Shown in pieces: positions 53,811-64,000 of a DNA stretch of 64,000 nucleotides. The stretch is taken from the NCBI RefSeq assembly GCF_009914755.1, contig NC_060933.1, one strand, 5' to 3'. The number at the start of each line of letters is the position of its first letter. Position 1 is the first letter of the stretch. The notes beneath the pieces are model-generated. The model was not told the origin of the DNA and made no database searches. It saw only the letters and a list, made by a program, of their open reading frames with translations. The position numbers and the translations under genes are program-made. Origin of the DNA: the human T2T-CHM13v2.0 reference genome, Homo sapiens.

Positions 53811-54113
53811 TTTCTTTTTTAAAAATTTTTTAGAGTTGCTGTCCCTTTGTCACCCAGGATGGAGCACAGTGATGCAATCACAGCTCACTGCAGTCTTGAA
53901 TTCCTGGACTCTGGCAATCCTCCTGCCTCAGCCTCCTAAGTAGCTCAGACTACAGGCATGTGCCACCACAACCTGCTAATTTTCAAATTTTTTTGTACAA
54001 ACGGGGCCTTGTCATCTTACCCAAGCTGGTCTCGAACTCCTGGACTCAAGCCATCTGCCTGCCTTGGCCTCCCAAAGTGCTAGGATTACAGGCATAAGCC
54101 ACCATGCCTGGTC
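53811..54113 (-). mobile_element. AluJ, followed by a separate T tract (54124-54151)
   Basis: Diverged dimer. Confidence 0.9.
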
Positions 54114-54233
54114 TGAGATTTTCTTTTTTTTTTTTTTTTTTTTTTTTTTTTCAAAACAAAGCAACAGAAAGTACAGTGGTCCCAAGGAACTATAAATGTA
54201 GATGGAAGAAAATACGGTGTGTGTAGAGAGTGA

Positions 54234-55200
<967 letters not shown>

Positions 55201-56451
55201 CTGGCCTTTGCTTTTAATGTCAACACATCCTCACCATGATGACCACCTAAGCTGCAAGTGACACGTCAAGCCAAAGACAGGCCAAAGAGGCCTCTGCCTC
55301 CTGCAATGCCTCCCTTTTACCATCTCAGATGGCTTTTTAGGATTCATCCTTAATTCACATTCTTCCTGCCACAAGTGAATGGAGTTAAAAAGGGAAACTT
55401 ATCCTGCATTTTCTACTGGTGTGCAGAGCCTAACAATCAAGGGCAGGAACCTACAGAACGATAAGTAATGAAACAAGAATTGTTTGTTATCAGGCCAATT
55501 AAATTCGATTTTAACTCATTAAAACAGGCCAAGTAGAAACCAGCTGTAAAGTGAGACTGTATTTTCCTGCAACAAAGTGTGACAGCAAGTTATTTAAATA
55601 TAATTATGACACTTGTAAAATGCTGCAATTGAATTAGTTTCAAAACACATTTCTTCTTCATCTTGATCACTTAATAGTAAATCCACTTATAATCATGACT
55701 TTAGAATAACTCTGTGAGAAAGTATCATCACCTCCATTTTACCAGTGAAGAAACTGAGGCTCCAGAAGATGGGAATCAAATATCCAAGTGGGCAGAGCTA
55801 GAACCTGACTCCAAGTTTTGAGTGTTTTTTCCTTTCTCGAGGCCATTTCCCAGAGCGTGCAAGGTCTTCCCTGTTAGGCCTCTCACTTTCTTGAGGTGTC
55901 CTGATTGTTTTACCTTCCTTTGCCTTCCTAGAAGAATACTGTTTCTTCCTGTCATCTTAGCACATCGTTCTATGTACAGTGTTGGATAGGCACTACTGTA
56001 GCTATAGCTTCTTAGTCATTTCAGTTTGAAGAACAACTATGCCTGCCAAGTTCTAAGTCACTCATGTGGTTTTTTTAAAATAGTCACCAGCACAAGGGAG
56101 GAACTGACTCCAGTGATACTGATTTTTTCCTCCAAATTTTAGGGCAACTTTATTTCATTAATTTTTCATTAAAGTGTAAACAGTCTGTGGCCAAAAGGCA
56201 AGAATCTTTTTGAAATGAACATTTTGAGATACTAAAGTAGTAATAAACCACGTTGCCCAAATTTTTTCATACATGTTATCAAGAGAGAAAGTAATAAAAC
56301 CTCAAAATGACAGTTCCAGATCAAAGCAAATACCTACAAATACAGAGCTATATGTGAATTATATTTTATCATACAATATCTAGAATTAAACTCCTAGAAA
56401 ATTATATTTAGAATGGCTACACCTTTCTGAACTCCAGTTCCTCCAAATCAG

Positions 56452-56776
<325 letters not shown>

Positions 56777-56804
56777 CCAACTCGGCTTAAAACCAGTGGA
56801 GGCT

Positions 56805-57360
<556 letters not shown>

Positions 57361-57896
57361 TAAGTACTCAATAGATGTTTGTTATGAACAGTTTTAAAAG
57401 CCCTATAAGGAATATGCGTGCTGTACCTCCCATGACCAGCGAGAGGGAAATGAAGATCAGTGATATGACATTAAGTAGTGAAGATTTATTTATACTTCTA
57501 GAATTTCTGCATTTTAGCGTTTGTTTCTCCCTGAATTACATAGAATATGGCCACAACTGGAAGATGACTTTAAGGTGAAATATTAAGATACAAGGATCAT
57601 TGGTAATTAAATAAAATGATTTTCTTTTTAATCTATATACAAAATGGTACCCAAATTGCTACAAAGAGAAAACATTTTCTACACAGCTTGCATTTCTGCA
57701 GCATAGCTTTAAATGAAACCACTCTGTAATCTCACAGATTATGTCTAAAAATAGAATGATAGGCCAGCTGTCAGACATATACATTGTAGGGAGAATGGGG
57801 CCAAGAATCTTTCCCCAAACACCACTGGAACTCTTCTGGCATTTGCTCCCACAAAGACAAAAAACTAAAATCTATTCAATTCCAGCAGCTACCTGC

Positions 57897-58816
57897 ATTT
57901 TTTTTTTAACTTTTAAGTTCAGGGGTACCTGTGCAGAATGTGCTGGTTTGTTACACAGGTAAACATGTCTCATGGAAGTTTGTTGTACAGATCATTTCAT
58001 CACCCAGGTATTAAGCCTAGTATCCATTAGTTATTTTTCCTGATCCTCTCCCTCCTCCCACCCTCTGCCCTCTGGTAAGCCCCAGTATGTGTTGTTCCCC
58101 TCTATGTGGCCGTGTGTTCTCATCATTTAGCTCCTACTTATAAGTGAGAACATGCGGTATTTGGCTTTCTGTTCCTGCACTAGTTTACTAAGGATAATGG
58201 CCTCCAGCTCCATGTATGTCCCTGCAAAAGACATGATCTTGTATTTTTTTCTTATGGCTGCATAGTATTCCATGATGTATATGTACATTTTCTTTACCTA
58301 GCCTATCATTGGTGGGCATTTAGATTGATTCTGTGTCTTTGCTATTGTGAATAGCGCTGTAATGAATGTACATGTGCATGTGTCTTTATAAATAGAATGA
58401 TTTATATTCCTTTGGAAATATGCCCAGTAATGGGATTTCTGGGTCGAATGGTGTTACTGTATCTAGGTCTTTGAGGAATTGCCACACTCTTCCACAATAG
58501 TTGAACTAACATACACTCCCACCAACAGTGTAAAAGCTTTCCTTTTTCTCGACAATCTTGCCAGCGTCTGTTATTTTTTGACTTTTTAATAACAGCCATT
58601 CTGACTGGTGTGAGATTGTATCTCATTGTGGTTTTGACTAACATTTCTCTAAGGATCAGTAATGTTGAGCTGTTTTTCATATGCTTCTTGGCCACATGTA
58701 TGTCTTTTCAGAAGGATCTGTTCCTGTCCTTTGTCCACTTTTTAACGGGGTTGTTTTGTTTCTTGTAAATTTGTTTAAGTTCTTACAGATGCTGGATATT
58801 AGACCTTTGTCAGATT
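57897..58816 (-). mobile_element. 5'-truncated L1PA (L1PA13-16-like) 3' end
   Basis: L1 3' UTR and ORF2 C-terminus (KTTMRYNLTPVRMAVIKKSKNNR). Confidence 0.9.
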
Positions 58817-59363
58817 ACTGCTTTCTTTTAGATTTAGGAGAAAGGATTGGAATGCCAAGATTTGTAAGGTTCTTGTGAAATCTCCCCAAATCTGCAATGT
58901 GCTGTTCCTAAAAGGCTTATAACAAAAGTATCATGCATGATCTGAAATTATTGGTTCAATACAACCCCATTTATAAAAATGTTTTGCTTTTTTGTGAACT
59001 CTCCCTTCCAAGTTATTTAACCTTTTAAAATAAAAAGATGCAATGTGATGGGGACTGTGTTCTAGTCCAGACCCTGCCATTAATATGCTACATAAACTTA
59101 GGTAAACTATAACCCCTCTATGGACCTCAGTTTTCCCATCTGGATAATGAGAAAGTTGTGGGAGACAGCCATGTAAGGATGTGTTTCAGCTACAATGCTC
59201 TAGATTATCTGAGCCTCAAAATTTCCACACAAGCTGAAAAGAAAAGAAACAACCTTTTACTTCTAAGCTATGTTTTGAGGTGCTTCAGTGCCAATTTCTT
59301 AGGTAATCTTTCCACCGAATCAAGGATGCAGTGCCCCTAAAAAGATGAATGGAAGACACTTCA

Positions 59364-59756
<393 letters not shown>

Positions 59757-60781
59757 TCAATGTGTCACAGAAAATTAAATCAAAAGTTGAATGTAATTCC
59801 TGGTCTCCTGAATAAAGATAAGCAGGGCCCCTGGTACTGTCACCAGCCACAGTGGAGCCATTCTAGGTCCTCAATGACATCCAATTCTAAGCCCCAGGAT
59901 CATCCTAAATTGTGGAGGCAAGGTCACTGCTCCATCGGGCCAAATTCTACAAAGCTCCAATTGCCCCAGACAGAAAAAAGAAGATGCCAACTGCTAAATC
60001 CATTTTGATAGCTAGAGGAGGATTAAAGAAACTGCACGCATGGTGATGTCCAAATCTGAGCAATGAGATTAACCTCCATGTGGACTGCCTATACCTCAGA
60101 GAGAGTTGGTTGTTTTTTAAACACTTCCAGAATTTATTTTCATTGCAGCCATATACAATTTAAGAATATTTGTTTTCACAATGTACTGTTAAAGGAACAG
60201 ACAATACAGTACTTTATAGATTCAGAATGTTTTTGGAATATGATGATAGCCTCTTGACTTAATATATGTTTTTGGAATGAATTAAGTTGATTATTCAGAG
60301 GATGATAATCCGAATTGTATTTGTATAGTCAGCCTGTCATGATAAATAATTATATAGTCACTGTAAACGCTACACAATATTTTTATAAGATAACAAAGGA
60401 AAAGAAAAAACAGATATAGATTTTTAATAAGGAAAAGCTGGCCTATAGAAAATACCCAAGGCAGGTTACAGTAGCAAAGTTTAAGCCAACTTTGTTAAAT
60501 GTCAGGTACATAACAAAAAAGTTTAACATTAGTCTTCTTTGGATAGTGAAACTATATGTGATTTAAGAAATGTTTTCTTTTAAATTTTTATTTTTCCACA
60601 ATTAACATGTGTGATCTTGCAATTTAAAAAGTCAATGCCCCTTTTAAAAACACAATTCCATATTCCCCAGCCTTCCATTTTCTGTCTCTTGTTTCTTCTC
60701 TGCCTACTTTTCCATCAAAGTTTTCCTTCATTAACTTCCTTAGTTTTCTTGCTTTTATTTTTTTTAAGAGACTTTATTTCT

Positions 60782-61086
<305 letters not shown>

Positions 61087-61502
61087 TTATTTCTCAGAGC
61101 AGTTTTACATTCACACCAAAATTAAAGGTTTAGAGATTTCCCATATTCCCCACCCCCACATATGCATGACCTCCCCTGCTATCAAAATCTCACACCAGAG
61201 GGGTATATTTGATACAAATGATGAAACTACATTGACACATCATTATCACCTAAGTCCGTAACTTACAATAGGGTTCACTCTTGGGTGTTGTATATTAAAT
61301 GGGTTTTAACAAATATATAATGACATGTATCCACTATTACAGTGGAATAGTATTACAAAGAATAGCTTTACTGTCCTAAAAATCCTCTGTGCTCTGACTA
61401 TCCTGTTCATCCCTCCCTCCCCATTAACCCTTGGAAACCACCGACTTTTTACTATCTCTAGTTTTTCCTTCTCCAGAATGTCATATAGTTGGACTCATAC
61501 AG

Positions 61503-61860
61503 TGATATGGTTTAGCTCTGTGTCCCCACCGAAATCTCACCTTGAATTGTAATAATCCCCAAGTGTCAAGGGCGGGACCAGGTAGAGATAACTGCATCAT
61601 GGTGTTGGTTTTCCCCATGCTGTTCTCGTGAGGGTGAATTAGTTTCTCACGAGATCTGATGATTCTATAAGGGGCTTCCCCTTTCACTCTGCATTCATTC
61701 TGTCTCCTGCCCCGCTGTGAAGAGATGCCTTCCACCATGACTGTAAGCTTCCTGTGGCCTCCCCACCTATGCAGAACTGTGAGTCAATTAAATCTCTTTT
61801 CTTTATAAATTACCCAGTCTCAGGTATTTCTTCACAGCAGGGTGAGAACAGACTCATATA
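61503..61860 (+). mobile_element. THE1-type (ERVL-MaLR) solo LTR
   Basis: Starts tgatatggtttagctctgtgtccccac, ends ctttataaattacccagtctcaggtatttcttc...gactcatata; about 360 bp. Confidence 0.88.
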
Positions 61861-62452
61861 GTATGTAGCCTTTTAAGACTGGCTTCTTTCACTTAGTAAT
61901 ATGCATCTAAGTCTCCTCTATGTCTCTTCGTGACATGACAGCATATTTCTTTTTAGAACTGAATGATTTTCCATTGTCAGGATATGCCACTGTTATCTAC
62001 TCTCCTACTGAAGGATATCTTGGTTGCTCCCATGTTTTGGCAATTATGAATAAAGCTGCTATAATCATCCATATGCAGGTTTCTGTGTAGACATTAGTTT
62101 TCAATTAACTTGGGTTAATCAAGGAGAAAACTGCTAGATCATATGGTAAGAGTATGTTTAATTTTGTAAGACAAACTGTCTTTCAAAGTAGCTGTATCAT
62201 TTTGCATTCCCACCAGCAATGAATAAAAGTTCTTGCCCTTCCACATCCTAACATTTGTTGTCGTCAGTATTCTGAATTTTGGCCATTCTAATAGTTGTGT
62301 AGTGGTTTCTGATTGTTGTTTTAATTTGCACTTCCCTGATGACATATGACATGGAGCATCTTTTCTTATGCTTTTTCACCACTTATATTATTGTCTTTGG
62401 TGAGGTATCTGTTAAGGCCTTTGGCCAATCTTTTAATCAAATTATGTCTTTA

Positions 62453-62571
62453 TTATTGAGTTTTAAAGGTTCTTTAGACATTTTTAAGTAACAGTCCTCC
62501 ATCAGGTATGTTTTATTGAGTTTTAAAGGTTCTTTAGACATTTTAAGTAACAGTACTCCATCAGGTATGTT
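62453..62571. repeat. Tandem duplication of about 60 bp inside L1M
   Basis: ttattgagttttaaaggttctttagacatttt(t)aagtaacagt(c/a)ctccatcaggtatgtt repeated twice. Confidence 0.9.
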
Positions 62572-63169
62572 TTTTTTCAGATGTTTTCCCCCAGTCTGTG
62601 GCTTGTTTTTTCATTCCATTGACAGTGTTTTTAACAGAAGAGAAGTTTTAATTTTGATGAAGTCCAGCTTATTAATTCATTGTTTCACAGATTGTGCCTT
62701 TGGTGTTGTATCTAAAACATCATGCCATCATACCCAAGGTCATCTATGTTTTCTCCTTTGTTATCTTTTAGGAGTTTTATAGTTTTTCATTTCACATTTA
62801 GGTCTGTGATCCATTTCAAGTTAATCTTTGTGACGGATATAAGGTCCCTGTCTTGATTCATTTTTTTGCATATTGATGTCTAGTTGTTCCAGCACCACCT
62901 GTTGAAAGAAAAGACTGTTTCCTGCATCTTACTGCCTTTTCTCCTATGTCAAAGATCAGTTGACGGCATTTACAAGGATCTAATTCTAGGCTGTCTATTC
63001 GGTCCTACTGATCTACTTGTCTGTTCTTTGGCCAATACCACACTGTCTTGATTATGGTACCCTCACAGAGATTTGTTTAACATGATGAGATCTGCCATTA
63101 CATTTTTCCATATGTACAACTCAAATTGAAAAGGATGCCCCAAATGAGATAAAGTAATGTACTCTGCTG

Positions 63170-63625
63170 ACACAGAATTACAAAAAAAACACTAAGACAG
63201 GGTCACTTTCCTCTAGAATCTGGAGGGAGACAGATCAGGAAATAAACTAATGTACTTACTACATTAGAGAAAAGCATCAACAAGGTGCTAATGGGAACCC
63301 GGAGGCAGGAGTGATACATCTCTCTAGGGGTATGATGAAAACTTCACAATCAAAAGTAGCATTTGAGCTCCGTTTTGAAGTGGTAGGCTACCGACAGGCA
63401 GAGAAAAGGCAGGAGTAGAAAGTGCATTCTAGACCGACACAGTAGCATGTACAAAGACATGGTAGCATAAAAGCATGGGTTTTCTAAAAACATTAGTAAT
63501 TGTGTGTAGCTAGAGTTTAAGTACATGACACTGAATGTCAGGAGGAGACAGGAATGTTGAAGAAGGCCAGATTGGGAAAGGTCTTATATACCAGGCTAAA
63601 AAGCTGGAATTCTTCCTATAGGTGG
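63170..63625 (-). mobile_element. L2 fragment
   Basis: atttgagctccgttttgaag...aggccagattgggaaaggtcttatataccaggctaaa. Confidence 0.6.
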
Positions 63626-63849
63626 GAATAACACATACTTACTGTAGCTACCATTTATTAAATATCTATTACATACTAGGCAAGGTGTTGTACATACTTT
63701 ACTGCACTTAACGCTCAAAACTCTGCCATATAGGTATTTTCTCCTCATTGTACATGCAAGAAAAAAAGACTCAAGAGAGGTTAGGTAACTTTCTCAAATC
63801 AAGTCTGACTCCAAACTCTACACCATCTCCCAGAAAAAGAACTCCAACT

Positions 63850-64000
63850 GGCCAGGTGCAGTGGCTTGTGCCTGTAATCCCAGCACTTTGGAAGGTCAAA
63901 GCGGGCAGATCACTTGAGTCCAGGAGTTCGACACCAGCCTAGCCAACATGGTGAAACCCCATCTCTATTAAAAGTATGAAAAATTAGCCGGGTGTGTTGG
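63850..64000 (+). mobile_element. AluS, cut by the window end
   Basis: Left arm and linker. Confidence 0.9.

Overview
Human (hominid) genomic DNA, almost entirely intronic and repeat-rich. It holds about 48 Alus, several L1/L2/MIR/CR1 fragments, a full-length Tigger1, MLT2 and THE1 solo LTRs, a processed RANBP1 pseudogene (minus strand, with TSDs and an internal Alu) and a 7SL retrocopy. There is no complete protein-coding gene; the ORF-track entries I could assign are repeat- or pseudogene-derived and the rest are short chance ORFs. A 7.7 kb Alu-free island (about 16340-24080) looks like constrained regulatory DNA. It contains a minus-strand mini-exon, ATG GAG ACA TGG GAA G|gtaagg (METWE, phase 1). 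From memory of vertebrate GCNF N-termini, I interpret this as an alternative first exon of NR6A1, which would make the window part of the large NR6A1 intron 2. That assignment is recall plus inference and needs BLAT confirmation. The main leads are: (1) this exon, with its uORF/overlapping-ATG leader, NAGNAG acceptor and four clustered nuclear-receptor half-sites; (2) a head-to-head AluY pair whose TSDs are swapped, indicating an Alu-mediated micro-inversion; (3) a chimeric old-Alu/AluYg6 element with no TSD; and (4) a CpG-rich RANBP1 retrocopy 5' UTR just upstream of the exon. Repeat boundaries and subfamily calls were made by eye and are approximate.
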